The notes under the pieces are model-generated. The model did no database searches. It was not told the origin of the DNA and worked only from the letters and a program-made list of their open reading frames with translations. A stretch of DNA of 39,582 nucleotides from Pseudomonadota bacterium (GTDB lineage: Bacteria; Pseudomonadota; Alphaproteobacteria; MPNO01; UBA2964): the NCBI GenBank assembly GCA_027624735.1, contig JAQBTY010000002.1, forward strand, positions 1-39,582, read 5' to 3'. Numbering within the stretch: the first letter of the stretch is position 1; every line of letters begins with the position of its first letter. Positions 10,885 through 20,341 of the stretch are shown here, in pieces. A program made the position numbers and the translations under genes.

Positions 10885-12894
10885 ATGACGCAAAACCGTC
10901 TCGCCGGCGAAACCAGCCCGTATCTCCTGCAACATGCCCATAACCCGGTCGACTGGAACCCCTGGGGGCCAGAGGCATTGCAAAGCGCAAAAGGGCAAAA
11001 CAAGCCAATTCTGCTGTCGATCGGCTATGCCGCTTGCCACTGGTGCCATGTCATGGCCCATGAAAGTTTTGAAAATGGCGACATAGCGGCCCTGATGAAC
11101 GAACTGTTCGTCAATATCAAGGTGGACCGCGAAGAACGCCCCGATCTCGACGCCATTTACATGCACTCGCTGACGCTCCTTGGCCAGCAGGGCGGCTGGC
11201 CCTTGACCATGTTTCTGACACCTGACGGCGAGCCATTCTGGGGCGGCACCTATTTCCCGCCGGAAGCCCGGTATGGGCGGCCGGGATTCCCCGATATCCT
11301 GCGCACCATCCACGAATACTGGCGCGACAAACCCGACGACATTGCCCAGAACGTCGCTACGCTGCGCGGCGCGATCGCCAATATGGCGACGTCAAAGGGA
11401 GGCGGCGAGGTCAGCCTGGAAGTGGTTGAGCGTGCCGCGCTGCGGCTCGCGCAGGAATTCGACAAGGTTAATGGCGGCATCGGTACAGCGCCCAAATTCC
11501 CCAACCCCTCGATCCTGGAATTGCTGTGGCGAACCTACAAACGCTGCGGGCACATCGATTTGCGCGACACTGTTCTGCTGACCCTGGAAAAAATGTGCCA
11601 GGGCGGCATCTACGACCATCTCGGCGGCGGTTTCGCCCGTTATTCCGTCGACGCACTGTGGCTCGCGCCTCATTTCGAAAAGATGCTGTACGACAACGCC
11701 CAGCTCATCGATCTTCTCACCTGGGCCTGGCAGGAAACCGGCAATCCGCTTTTTGCCGCCCGCGTGCGCGAAACCATCGACTGGACCATGCGGGAAATGA
11801 TCGCCGATGGCGGCGGGTTCGCGGCCACCCTCGATGCCGACAGCGAAGGCGAGGAAGGAAAATTTTACGTCTGGTCCGCGGCCGAAATCGACGCGATTCT
11901 GGGGCCGGATGCCGCGTTGTTCAAAGACGCCTACGACATAAGGCCGGCGGGAAACTGGGAAGGAAAAACAATTCTCAACCGGAACAACCCGGTCCGCGAC
12001 TTCACCGACCAGGAAGAAGAAACCCTTACCGCCAACCGCACGACACTCCTCGCCGCGCGCGACAAACGAATTCGGCCGGGATGGGATGACAAGGTTCTGG
12101 CCGACTGGAACGGGTTGATGATCGCCGCCATGGCGGAGGCCGGCGCCGTCTTCGACCAGCCTGACTGGATCGCCACCGCCCGCACGGCCTACGCCTTCGT
12201 CCATGAACACATGGTCCGTGACGGACGGATCTTTCACTCCTTCCGGAACGGACTTCTCAAGCACGTGGGCACGCTGGACGATTACGCCGGAATGATCCGC
12301 GCAGCGCTGGTTCTTTCCGAAATTACCGGTGAAGCGGGCTATCTCGAAGACGCGGAAAGCTGGACCGCCCTTCTTGACCGGCACTATTGGGATAAGGTCG
12401 GCGGCGGTTATTTCTTTACCGCCGATGACGCCGAAGCACTTATTGTCCGGACCAAGACCGCAGCCGATCACGCGACGCCCGCGGGCAATGGCGTGATGGT
12501 GGCGGTTTTGGCAAGGCTTTATTACCTGACAGGAAAAGATGCCTATCGCACCAAGGCCGATGTTCTTGTGGCGGCGTTCTCAGGAGAGGTGTCTGAGAAT
12601 TTTTTCCCATTGGCCGCCTTTATGAGCGGCATAGAAATGCTGCAATGCGGTCAGCAGCTGGTCATCGTCGGCGACCGCCAGGATCCGAAAAGTCACGATC
12701 TTTTGCGCGGCATTTTCGCTGCCTGCCTGCCCAACAGAATCCTGACGGTTATTGCACCGGACGATGTACTGCCGGCAACCCATCCCGCTTCGGGCAAAGC
12801 ACAGAAGGGCGGCGTGGCGACGGCTTATGTTTGCGTGGGGACCACCTGCTCCTTGCCCTTGACGGACAGAAACGATTTGATGGAAGCTCTGTAA
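10885..12894 (+). CDS. Thioredoxin-domain protein, YyaL/DUF255 (SSP411-like) family
   Basis: N-terminal motif NPVDWNPWG...CHWCHVM followed by a long alpha/alpha-toroid-like region; 669 aa. Confidence 0.88.
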   Translation: MTQNRLAGETSPYLLQHAHNPVDWNPWGPEALQSAKGQNKPILLSIGYAACHWCHVMAHESFENGDIAALMNELFVNIKVDREERPDLDAIYMHSLTLLGQQGGWPLTMFLTPDGEPFWGGTYFPPEARYGRPGFPDILRTIHEYWRDKPDDIAQNVATLRGAIANMATSKGGGEVSLEVVERAALRLAQEFDKVNGGIGTAPKFPNPSILELLWRTYKRCGHIDLRDTVLLTLEKMCQGGIYDHLGGGFARYSVDALWLAPHFEKMLYDNAQLIDLLTWAWQETGNPLFAARVRETIDWTMREMIADGGGFAATLDADSEGEEGKFYVWSAAEIDAILGPDAALFKDAYDIRPAGNWEGKTILNRNNPVRDFTDQEEETLTANRTTLLAARDKRIRPGWDDKVLADWNGLMIAAMAEAGAVFDQPDWIATARTAYAFVHEHMVRDGRIFHSFRNGLLKHVGTLDDYAGMIRAALVLSEITGEAGYLEDAESWTALLDRHYWDKVGGGYFFTADDAEALIVRTKTAADHATPAGNGVMVAVLARLYYLTGKDAYRTKADVLVAAFSGEVSENFFPLAAFMSGIEMLQCGQQLVIVGDRQDPKSHDLLRGIFAACLPNRILTVIAPDDVLPATHPASGKAQKGGVATAYVCVGTTCSLPLTDRNDLMEAL

Positions 12895-12914
12895 ACTGGA
12901 TTGGCCTCACTACC

Positions 12915-13367
12915 ATGCCCTGTCTTTCCCTGCAGTCCCCTCTTGGGCCAATGACCCTCACGGAAATTGACGGCACGGTTACCTCATTGGAATGGCGTTG
13001 GTCGAAGACACAGGAAGAAACCGGCCTGCTCACTCTGGTACGCGATCAACTGACCGACTATTTCGATGGACGGCTGACAGATTTTTCGTTGCCGCTGGCG
13101 CCCCTGGGCACGGCTTTCCAGCACAGGGTATGGCTCGCCCTGTGCGATATTCCCTATGGCGAGGTGCGCAGCTATGGCGAGATCGCCAAGGGTCTGAAGA
13201 CAGGGCCCCGCGCGGTGGGGGCGGCGTGCGCCCGCAATCCACTCCCCGTGCTCATTCCCTGTCACAGAATTGTCGCAGCCAATGGCGCGTTGACCGGCTA
13301 TACCGGCGCCGACGGCCTCGCCAGCAAAGAATTTCTGCTCAATCTCGAGGGCGTGAAGACACATTAG
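12915..13367 (+). CDS. ogt: Methylated-DNA--protein-cysteine methyltransferase
   Basis: Active-site motif PCHRIV and YGEIA. ATG 12915 is the plausible start; the upstream part of track ORF 12645 overlaps the previous gene. Confidence 0.88.
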   Translation: MPCLSLQSPLGPMTLTEIDGTVTSLEWRWSKTQEETGLLTLVRDQLTDYFDGRLTDFSLPLAPLGTAFQHRVWLALCDIPYGEVRSYGEIAKGLKTGPRAVGAACARNPLPVLIPCHRIVAANGALTGYTGADGLASKEFLLNLEGVKTH

Positions 13368-13409
13368 AATAAGCGTCGGGGCGAGGCGGCCCCTCATCTG
13401 GAGTTAAAC

Positions 13410-14384
13410 ATGACCAAAGCGATCCGCATTCACAAAAACGGCCCCCCCTCGGTGATGAAGTGGGAAGAGGTTGATCTCGGCAAGCCGGCGAAGGGCGAGG
13501 TGCGCCTGCGCCAAACCGCCGTGGGTCTGAATTTCATCGACACCTATCAGCGGTCAGGGCTTTACCCGCTGCCCCTGCCGATGGTGCTGGGGTCGGAGGG
13601 CGCCGGCATTGTCGAGGCGGTTGGACGTGGCGTCATCGGCATCAAGGCCGGTGATCGGGTTGCCTATGCTGGCGGACCTATCGGCGCCTATGCAGAACAA
13701 CGGAACATACCGGCAGAGATTTTAATCAAAATCCCTAAGGAAATTTCCGACCAGACCGCCGCCGCGATGATGCTCAAGGGCATGACGGCGCGGTATCTGT
13801 TACGGGACACCTATCGGGTGAAAAAAGGCGATACAATCCTGATCCATGCCGCCGCGGGCGGGCTTGGTCTCATCCTCTGCCAATGGGCCAACCATCTCGG
13901 CGCGACGGTGATCGGCACGGTTGGGACCAAGAAAAAGGCCGAACTGGCGCGGGCGCATGGCTGCCATCATCCGATCCTTTATACTAAACAGAACTTCGTC
14001 GATCAGGTGAAGCGGCTGACAAAGGGCGCCGGGGTGCCCGTTGTTTATGATTCAATCGGCAAGGATACTTTTCCGGCATCGCTCGATTGCCTGCAGAAAC
14101 GCGGACTATTCGTCAGCTTCGGCAACGCTTCCGGTCCGATCCCGCCATTCGTATCGGGGATACTGGCCCAAAAAGGATCGCTCTACATGACGCGGCCGTC
14201 TTTGTTTGACTATATTGGCTCCCGCCCGGAACTGGAGGCCAACGCAAGGGACTTGATCGGCGTGGTGAAAAAAGGCGTGGTAAAGATCGAAATCAACCAG
14301 ACCTATGCCCTGAAAGACGCCGCCAGCGCCCACCGTGATCTAGAAGGGCGGAAGACGACGGGCTCGACCGTTTTGCTGCCCTGA
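13410..14384 (+). CDS. qor: NADPH:quinone oxidoreductase (zinc-independent MDR family)
   Basis: GSEGAGIVEAVG and the nucleotide-binding motif IHAAAGGLG. GGAG Shine-Dalgarno sequence about 6 nt upstream. Confidence 0.88.
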   Translation: MTKAIRIHKNGPPSVMKWEEVDLGKPAKGEVRLRQTAVGLNFIDTYQRSGLYPLPLPMVLGSEGAGIVEAVGRGVIGIKAGDRVAYAGGPIGAYAEQRNIPAEILIKIPKEISDQTAAAMMLKGMTARYLLRDTYRVKKGDTILIHAAAGGLGLILCQWANHLGATVIGTVGTKKKAELARAHGCHHPILYTKQNFVDQVKRLTKGAGVPVVYDSIGKDTFPASLDCLQKRGLFVSFGNASGPIPPFVSGILAQKGSLYMTRPSLFDYIGSRPELEANARDLIGVVKKGVVKIEINQTYALKDAASAHRDLEGRKTTGSTVLLP

Positions 14385-14406
14385 ACCCGCTTAGCCATTG
14401 TGCATA

Positions 14407-14443
14407 AAAACGGGGCGCCCCGATCAAAAGAGCGCCCCGTTTT
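14407..14443. terminator. Bidirectional intrinsic terminator between convergent qor and rho
   Basis: AAAA-CGGGGCGC-(13-nt loop)-GCGCCCCG-TTTT. This is an 8-bp GC stem flanked by an A-run and a T-run, so it reads as hairpin plus U-tract on both strands. Confidence 0.8.
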
Positions 14444-14462
14444 CCGATTATGGCCGGCTGGT

Positions 14463-15719
14463 CTACTGGTTCATGGAATCGAAGAATTCCTTGTTGTCCT
14501 TGGTTCCCTTGAGCTTGTCGATCAGGAACTCCATGGCGTCGGCGGTACCCAAAGGCGATAGAATCCGGCGCAACACCCACATCTTCGACAGCGTGCCTTT
14601 TTCGACCAGAAGCTCTTCCTTGCGCGTCCCGGATTTGGTGATATCCATCGACGGGAAGGTCCGCTTGTCGGCGAGCTTGCGATCGAGCACGATTTCCGAA
14701 TTACCGGTACCCTTGAATTCTTCGAAAATAACCTCGTCCATGCGCGAGCCGGTATCGATCAGGGCGGTGGCGATGATGGTCAAGGACCCGCCTTCTTCAA
14801 TATTGCGCGCCGCGCCAAAGAACCGTTTTGGCTTCTGCAGGGCATTTGAATCGACACCGCCGGTCAATACCTTGCCCGAGCTCGGCACCACCGTGTTGTA
14901 CGCCCGCGCCAGACGGGTAATGGAATCGAGCAGAATCACCACATCGCGGCCGTGCTCAACCAGGCGCTTGGCTTTTTCGATAACCATTTCCGATACCTGG
15001 ACGTGGCGTGTCGCGGGCTCGTCGAAGGTGGAGCTCACCACCTCACCATTTACCGAACGCTGCATGTCGGTGACTTCTTCCGGCCGCTCGTCTATCAGCA
15101 GCACGATAAGATAAACATCGGGGTTATTGGCGGTGATGGCGTGGGCGATAGCCTGCAGCATCATCGTCTTGCCGGTACGGGGCGGCGCGACAATCAAAGC
15201 TCGCTGACCCTTGCCGATGGGCGACACGATATCAACGATCCGGGTTGTCAAATCCTTGCTCTTGGGATTGTCCTGATCGAGACTGAATTTTTCTTCCGGG
15301 TAAAGCGGTGTCAGGTTGTCGAAATTGATGCGGTGGCGGACCTTATCCGGCTCATCGAAATTAATCTTGTTGACCTTGATCAACGCGAAATACCGTTCGC
15401 CGTCCTTGGGGGACCGAATTTCGCCTTCAACCGTGTCCCCCGTCCTCAGCCCAAAACGCCGAATTTGGCTCGGTGACACGTAAATATCGTCTGGTCCGGG
15501 CAAATAGTTCGCCTCGGGCGATCGTAAAAATCCAAACCCGTCCTGAAGGATTTCCAGAACGCCGTCGCCGGAGATGACAACTTCGTTCTCGGCGAGCTGC
15601 TTCAGAATGGCAAACATCATCTCCTGCTTGCGCAGGGACGAGGCATTTTCAATGCTTAGATCTTCTGCATAGGCCAGTAGATCGGCAGGGGATTTCTGCT
15701 TAAGTTCATGGAGATTCAT
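14463..15719 (-). CDS. rho: Transcription termination factor Rho
   Basis: Walker A motif [15 protein letters not shown], an N-terminal RNA-binding domain, 418 aa. Confidence 0.97.
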   Translation of the reverse strand: MNLHELKQKSPADLLAYAEDLSIENASSLRKQEMMFAILKQLAENEVVISGDGVLEILQDGFGFLRSPEANYLPGPDDIYVSPSQIRRFGLRTGDTVEGEIRSPKDGERYFALIKVNKINFDEPDKVRHRINFDNLTPLYPEEKFSLDQDNPKSKDLTTRIVDIVSPIGKGQRALIVAPPRTGKTMMLQAIAHAITANNPDVYLIVLLIDERPEEVTDMQRSVNGEVVSSTFDEPATRHVQVSEMVIEKAKRLVEHGRDVVILLDSITRLARAYNTVVPSSGKVLTGGVDSNALQKPKRFFGAARNIEEGGSLTIIATALIDTGSRMDEVIFEEFKGTGNSEIVLDRKLADKRTFPSMDITKSGTRKEELLVEKGTLSKMWVLRRILSPLGTADAMEFLIDKLKGTKDNKEFFDSMNQ

Positions 15720-15942
15720 GGCGTTTTGATCGGATAATTTTCTGGGTTGGGAGGAAGTGCGCTAACACGATTATTGAGATGAGGATGGACAGATCGGCGT
15801 CTATCAGTTGTTCAATCTGGGAAATGCAGAGGTAATAAGGCAGGAAAATGTGGGAAATCGCCCGAGAAACGAGCGTTCTATCTTACACAGCGTAACACGT
15901 AATGGAATTTTCCCAAAAAGTCAATTATCAGATTCGTTCAGA
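15720..15942 (-). promoter_or_regulatory. rho promoter and leader with C-rich, G-poor (rut-like) transcript composition
   Basis: A hand count of 15721-15860 gives 46 G and 17 C on the plus strand, so the minus-strand transcript is about 33% C and 12% G. Confidence 0.5.
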
Positions 15943-16395
15943 TTATTGACCGGGCTTTATTACCACAAGCAAAACGATCACGATCAGCAGCAGCGTCGGC
16001 GCCTCGTTGGCAATCCTATAAAATTTCGCCGGCCGCTTATTTCTATCCGACTCGAAATCCTTTCTCCATAGGGAAAAAAGACCGTGAACAGCGGTCATGA
16101 CGAGCACGAGCGATAACTTCCCATAGACCCACCACGCCGTCCAATCGACAATTCCGGGCGTTATCAAAAGCAGAATGCCAAACAGAAAGCTCGCGATCAT
16201 TGCGGGATTGATAATTGCCCGCAACAAACGGCGCTCCATTACCTTGAAGGTTTCGGATTTGTCGGAACCGGGAGGCGCGTCGCAATGATAAATAAACAGG
16301 CGCGGCAGATAGAGCATCCCCGCCATCCACGCGATGATCGAGATGATGTGCAGCGACTTTATCCAAGGATAAAGCGATATCAGCGCACTCTCCAC
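15943..16395 (-). CDS. hemJ: Protoporphyrinogen IX oxidase HemJ
   Basis: 150-aa membrane protein with the motif WIKSLHIISIIAWMAGMLYLPRLFIYH, typical of HemJ/UPF0093. Adjacent to hemH. Confidence 0.85.
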   Translation of the reverse strand: MESALISLYPWIKSLHIISIIAWMAGMLYLPRLFIYHCDAPPGSDKSETFKVMERRLLRAIINPAMIASFLFGILLLITPGIVDWTAWWVYGKLSLVLVMTAVHGLFSLWRKDFESDRNKRPAKFYRIANEAPTLLLIVIVLLVVIKPGQ

Positions 16396-16396
16396 T

Positions 16397-17431
16397 CTAG
16401 ATTGCTCCGGTCTGGCAATAGGCGCAGGCGCTAAAATTCTCCGGGCACAGCTTTTGTCCCGCGCCGGACGCTATTCCCTGACTTCCCGCAGCGTGAATCA
16501 ACCGCGCTAAACCCTCTATGAAGCTCTGATCTACACCGACCGTGCCCCCGCGCACATATTCCGGTACGCCCACTTCCGCCGCAAGCTTTGAATATTCGAT
16601 ATCCAACTCAACCAGTGTTTCGGAATGTTCGGATACGAAGGCTACTGGAATAATCACCACGGAAACCTTGTCGGCGCCGGCGCGTCTAATTTCGTCATCG
16701 GTGTAGGGCCGCAACCATTCGACCGGGCCGACCCTGCTTTGATAGCAAATCACATAGTCCAGGTCGGGAATTCCCAGCCGATCCACGATTGCCGCAACCG
16801 TCATTTTCACCTGCGCCTGATAGGGGTCGCCGGCAGCGACAAACTTCGCCGGTAAACCATGGGCGGAAAATAGAATTCGGTTGGGTTTTCGCGTAATTTT
16901 CTCAAGGCTCGATCTTGTCAGACCCGCCATTGCTTCGATTAGACCTGGCTCTGTCGGATAACAACAGATCGTCGACGTGGGGCAAACGAGACCAATTTCT
17001 GCCGTGGCTACTGTCCAGGCGCGTTGAAAAGATTCGGTCGTTGTGGTCGAAAACTGAGGATAAAGCGGCAGTAAAATAACCTGCTCTGGTGCATAAGCTT
17101 TTACGTCAGTCGCACATTCTTCAGCAAAGGGATGCCAATAGCGCATGCTGATAAACACGCGATAATCGGACTCGCCGCCTAATATTTTTTGCAGCACATC
17201 GGCCTGCTTTTGGGTTTCTTCCAGGATCGGCGACCGACCGCCAATCTGCCGATATATTTCCTTGGCAACCGGCGCCCGACGGGTCGAAATCAACTTCGCG
17301 ATCAGCCAACGAATTAATCGCGGCTGGCGAATAATCGATGGGTCATTGAACAGATTGAACAAAAACGGCTGTACGGCTTCAAGCGAATCCGGACCACCCA
17401 AATTAAAAATTACGACTGCGGTCCTCGGCAT
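16397..17431 (-). CDS. hemH: Ferrochelatase
   Basis: 344 aa with conserved LLFSAHGLP and SEHSETL motifs and a C-terminal Cys cluster (C..C.C). Confidence 0.93.
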   Translation of the reverse strand: MPRTAVVIFNLGGPDSLEAVQPFLFNLFNDPSIIRQPRLIRWLIAKLISTRRAPVAKEIYRQIGGRSPILEETQKQADVLQKILGGESDYRVFISMRYWHPFAEECATDVKAYAPEQVILLPLYPQFSTTTTESFQRAWTVATAEIGLVCPTSTICCYPTEPGLIEAMAGLTRSSLEKITRKPNRILFSAHGLPAKFVAAGDPYQAQVKMTVAAIVDRLGIPDLDYVICYQSRVGPVEWLRPYTDDEIRRAGADKVSVVIIPVAFVSEHSETLVELDIEYSKLAAEVGVPEYVRGGTVGVDQSFIEGLARLIHAAGSQGIASGAGQKLCPENFSACAYCQTGAI

Positions 17432-17455
17432 TCCCTTAGCCTGCCATCGAAAGGC

Positions 17456-18496
17456 TTATGGTCGCCATGCGGCCACATAATCGCACAGTTCAGCGACATG
17501 TTCCGGCGGCGTGGTTTGCATAACCCCGTGTCCTAAATTAAACACGAAGGGTTTGCCAGCGAAGATTTGAAGAATCTTTTCTGCTTCTTGCTTTAGCGCT
17601 TCGCCACCGAGAACCAGGTAAACAGGATCAAGATTGCCCTGCACGACAAGACCTGACTGAAGATGATCGCGCGCCCATTCCCGCGACATTGTCTGATCAA
17701 GACTAACCGCCGCCACCCCCTCGATCTTCAAGAATTCCATATACCGCGCCCCGGCGAGACGCGGAAAAACGATTATGGGGATTTCCGGCTTTTTGTCTTT
17801 GACGCGGGCAATTATCCGTCCAATTGGCTCGACGCACCATTTCTGAAACGCGCCGTCCGGCAACAATCCGGCCCAGCTATCGAATATCTGCAATGCCTGA
17901 GCACCGGCATCTACCTGGGCAATCAAGTGATCCGCGATGGATTCCTCAAGAACGGCGAATAATTTCTGAAAAGAATCCGGCTCGCCAAAAGCCCAGGTTT
18001 TGGTTTTGACATAGTCGCGACTGCTTCCGCCCTCGATCATGTAGGTCGCAATTGTCCAGGGCGCCCCGGCAAACCCGATCAAGGCAACATTTTCCGGTAA
18101 GGCGGCCTTAACCCGCGACAGGGTTTGATATACCGGATCCAAATGCTCTCTGACGCCAGAAGCATCCAGTTTAGCTACGTCACGGCTCGATTGTATTGGA
18201 TCGAGAACCGGGCCCACCCCTTCACGGAAGTCCACGGTCTGACCGAGAGCGTGAGGGATAACCAAAATGTCAGAAAAGACAATCGCCGCATCAAGCGAAA
18301 ACCGCCGCACGGGCTGCAGGGTGACTTCCGCCGCCAACTCCGGATTATAGCAAAGGTCGAGGAAATTTCCGGCGCCGGCACGAATTTCCCTGTATTCCGG
18401 TAAATAACGACCGGCCTGCCGCATGAGCCATATGGGCGGACGGTCAACCTTTTCGCGCTTAAGGGCCCGGATAAACCGGCTGCTTACATCCGTCAA
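17456..18496 (-). CDS. hemE: Uroporphyrinogen decarboxylase
   Basis: Motif PPIWLMRQAGRYLPEY. TTG start at 18496; there is no in-frame ATG or GTG before the conserved motif. Confidence 0.95.
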   Translation of the reverse strand: MTDVSSRFIRALKREKVDRPPIWLMRQAGRYLPEYREIRAGAGNFLDLCYNPELAAEVTLQPVRRFSLDAAIVFSDILVIPHALGQTVDFREGVGPVLDPIQSSRDVAKLDASGVREHLDPVYQTLSRVKAALPENVALIGFAGAPWTIATYMIEGGSSRDYVKTKTWAFGEPDSFQKLFAVLEESIADHLIAQVDAGAQALQIFDSWAGLLPDGAFQKWCVEPIGRIIARVKDKKPEIPIIVFPRLAGARYMEFLKIEGVAAVSLDQTMSREWARDHLQSGLVVQGNLDPVYLVLGGEALKQEAEKILQIFAGKPFVFNLGHGVMQTTPPEHVAELCDYVAAWRP

Positions 18497-18725
18497 AATT
18501 ATTTTCCTGATTAATCCATGGCTCAGAGCGTTCTACTACCTAATCTATTCTATATAAGAAAGTTTTAGTAGTAGTAGTAGAACGGTGAATTATGGGGATT
18601 GAATGTTTTCCCCAGCTAATTCACCGTCCTCCCAAACGGGGGATTTCTATGTGAGTTGTTTGGGAGGAACCCTGGTCCAGGGCTGGTTAGATCGATTCAA
18701 TCGACATTTAAAATTTGTTGAATGA

Positions 18726-18734
18726 TGGGGATAA
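18726..18734 (-). promoter_or_regulatory. DnaA-box-like 9-mer (TTATCCCCA)
   Basis: The plus strand reads TGGGGATAA. There is one mismatch to TTATCCACA. Confidence 0.5.
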
Positions 18735-18839
18735 AACGAGTTGTTCAGGGCTGTGATTGTTTCAAGTTGCCGGGAATAAATGCATAACAATTTTCTGACA
18801 AGGAGGACATATTTTGGCCGACAGTGGAAAACTGCTTAG

Positions 18840-18848
18840 TTATCCCCA
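18840..18848 (+). promoter_or_regulatory. DnaA-box-like 9-mer (TTATCCCCA)
   Basis: Exact inverted copy of the 18726-18734 motif. Confidence 0.5.
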
Positions 18849-18873
18849 TAAACTCCAAAGCAAGGCGTAAACC

Positions 18874-19740
18874 ATGAACAAGGTTTTCCACCTGCATCTG
18901 GTTTCGGATTCCACCGGTGAAACGACTTATAGTCTTGCCCGAGCGTGTCTGGTTCAATTCGAGAATATTGAGGTAAACACCCAAACGCACAGCCAGGTAT
19001 TGAATGCCGCCAAGATGCAGAAAGTCATCGAAGCGATAAATGCTAATCCCGGCGCCGTGATGTATACCATGATCAATAAACCGCTTGGTGACGCCCTGGT
19101 AAAAGGATGCGCCAGGATCGGCGTTCCCTGTATCGATGTGCTTGATGGGGTGATTACCCGACTGCAGAGATATTTTGGCCAAACTATCCGCGGCCAACCC
19201 GGTCGCCAGCATCAGCTTGATGACCAGTATTTTCACCGTATCGACGCGATGCAGTTCACCCTAAGTCATGACGACGGACAGGGATTTGACCATCTTAACG
19301 AAGCGGAAATCATTCTGGTCGGCGTGTCGCGCACATCGAAAACGCCGACATCGATGTATCTGGCAAACCACCGCGGACTAAAGGCGGCAAATGTACCTTT
19401 TGTGCCGGGCGTCCCGCTTCCTGACATGTTGTTTTTGAAACAGACGCCCTTCGTGGTCGGGCTGACGACATCACCCGAACGCCTGGTTCAAATAAGGCGC
19501 AATCGAATGAAATCCCTCGGCGAAGAAAAAGAAACGGATTATGTCGAGCTGGACCAGGTCCGACAGGAAATTCTGCAAGCCCGAAAACTATTTGCAAAGA
19601 TGCGCTGGCCGGTGATTGATGTAACCCGACGGTCCATCGAAGAAACCGCGTCGGAGATTTACGAGCTCTATACCAGAAATATAGGGAACCCGAAAATCGA
19701 TGACATAACGACTAAAAACCTCCAGTCCCGTGATTCCTGA
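18874..19740 (+). CDS. Pyruvate,phosphate dikinase / PEP synthase regulatory protein (DUF299 kinase-pyrophosphorylase)
   Basis: N-terminal FHLHLVSDSTGET and P-loop GVSRTSKTP. Confidence 0.9.
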   Translation: MNKVFHLHLVSDSTGETTYSLARACLVQFENIEVNTQTHSQVLNAAKMQKVIEAINANPGAVMYTMINKPLGDALVKGCARIGVPCIDVLDGVITRLQRYFGQTIRGQPGRQHQLDDQYFHRIDAMQFTLSHDDGQGFDHLNEAEIILVGVSRTSKTPTSMYLANHRGLKAANVPFVPGVPLPDMLFLKQTPFVVGLTTSPERLVQIRRNRMKSLGEEKETDYVELDQVRQEILQARKLFAKMRWPVIDVTRRSIEETASEIYELYTRNIGNPKIDDITTKNLQSRDS

Positions 19741-20341
19741 GGTGCCCACAAAGGTCATTCTGGCGTCTTCCAGTAAAACGCGACGGGATATCCTTGAAAA
19801 GGCGGGCGTTGTTGTCGAGGCAATGTCACCCCGTGTCGATGAAGAAGAAATCAAGAACGCCATGGTTGCCGAGAAAGCCAGCGCGGCGGAGATTGCGGAG
19901 GTTCTCGCCGAACAAAAAGCGCGGTCTGTATCCCGACGGCAGCCCCAGGATCTGGTGATTGGCGCCGATCAAGTTCTGGAAATGGGCAGCCAGATCTACA
20001 GCAAGCCTGCGGATTTGGCGTCCGCGCGAAAAGCCCTTGTCGGCCTTCGGGGGCAGGAACACCGCCTTTTCAGCTGTGTCTGTGTTTTGCGCGATGGCGA
20101 AAGGCTTTGGCATAAACTTGATAGCGCAAGGCTGACCATGCGGGAATTTTCCGATGAGTTTCTCGACGCCTACCTCCAATCAATTGGGGACCAGGCCCTT
20201 GCTGGTCCGGGCAGTTATCAAATTGAAGGTGCGGGATCTCAGCTGTTTTCTAAAATTTCAGGTGATTATTTCACGATCCTCGGTCTGCCTCTGCTGCCGC
20301 TTCTGGACTTTCTTCGCGTGCAGGGCGCGCTTCGATCATGA
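19730..20341 (+). CDS. maf: Maf-like nucleoside triphosphate pyrophosphatase
   Basis: ILASSSKTRRDIL and GADQV motifs. GTG start overlaps the previous gene; ATGA overlap with aroE. Confidence 0.88.
   Translation: MIPEVPTKVILASSSKTRRDILEKAGVVVEAMSPRVDEEEIKNAMVAEKASAAEIAEVLAEQKARSVSRRQPQDLVIGADQVLEMGSQIYSKPADLASARKALVGLRGQEHRLFSCVCVLRDGERLWHKLDSARLTMREFSDEFLDAYLQSIGDQALAGPGSYQIEGAGSQLFSKISGDYFTILGLPLLPLLDFLRVQGALRS

Larger units (their letters stand above)
18497..18873. other. oriC: Candidate chromosomal replication origin (oriC)
   Basis: 377-bp spacer between divergent hemE and the DUF299-maf-aroE-coaE-dnaQ cluster, the same context as Caulobacter Cori. An AT-rich tract lies around 18540-18581 (17/60 GC in 18541-18600). 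TTATCCCCA occurs twice in inverted orientation, and there are two further TCCCCA cores. Confidence 0.65.

Noticed and set aside
18708-18722. CtrA-box-like TTAA-N7-TGAA in the origin spacer.
   Set aside because: Only one half-site matches TTAA-N7-TTAA, and there is a single occurrence. That is not enough to claim CtrA control of this origin.
18745-19236. 163-aa minus-strand ORF spanning the origin spacer and the 5' part of the PDRP gene.
   Set aside because: It is antisense to the strongly conserved FHLHLVSDSTGET region, has no motifs, and would run into the DnaA-box-like sites.
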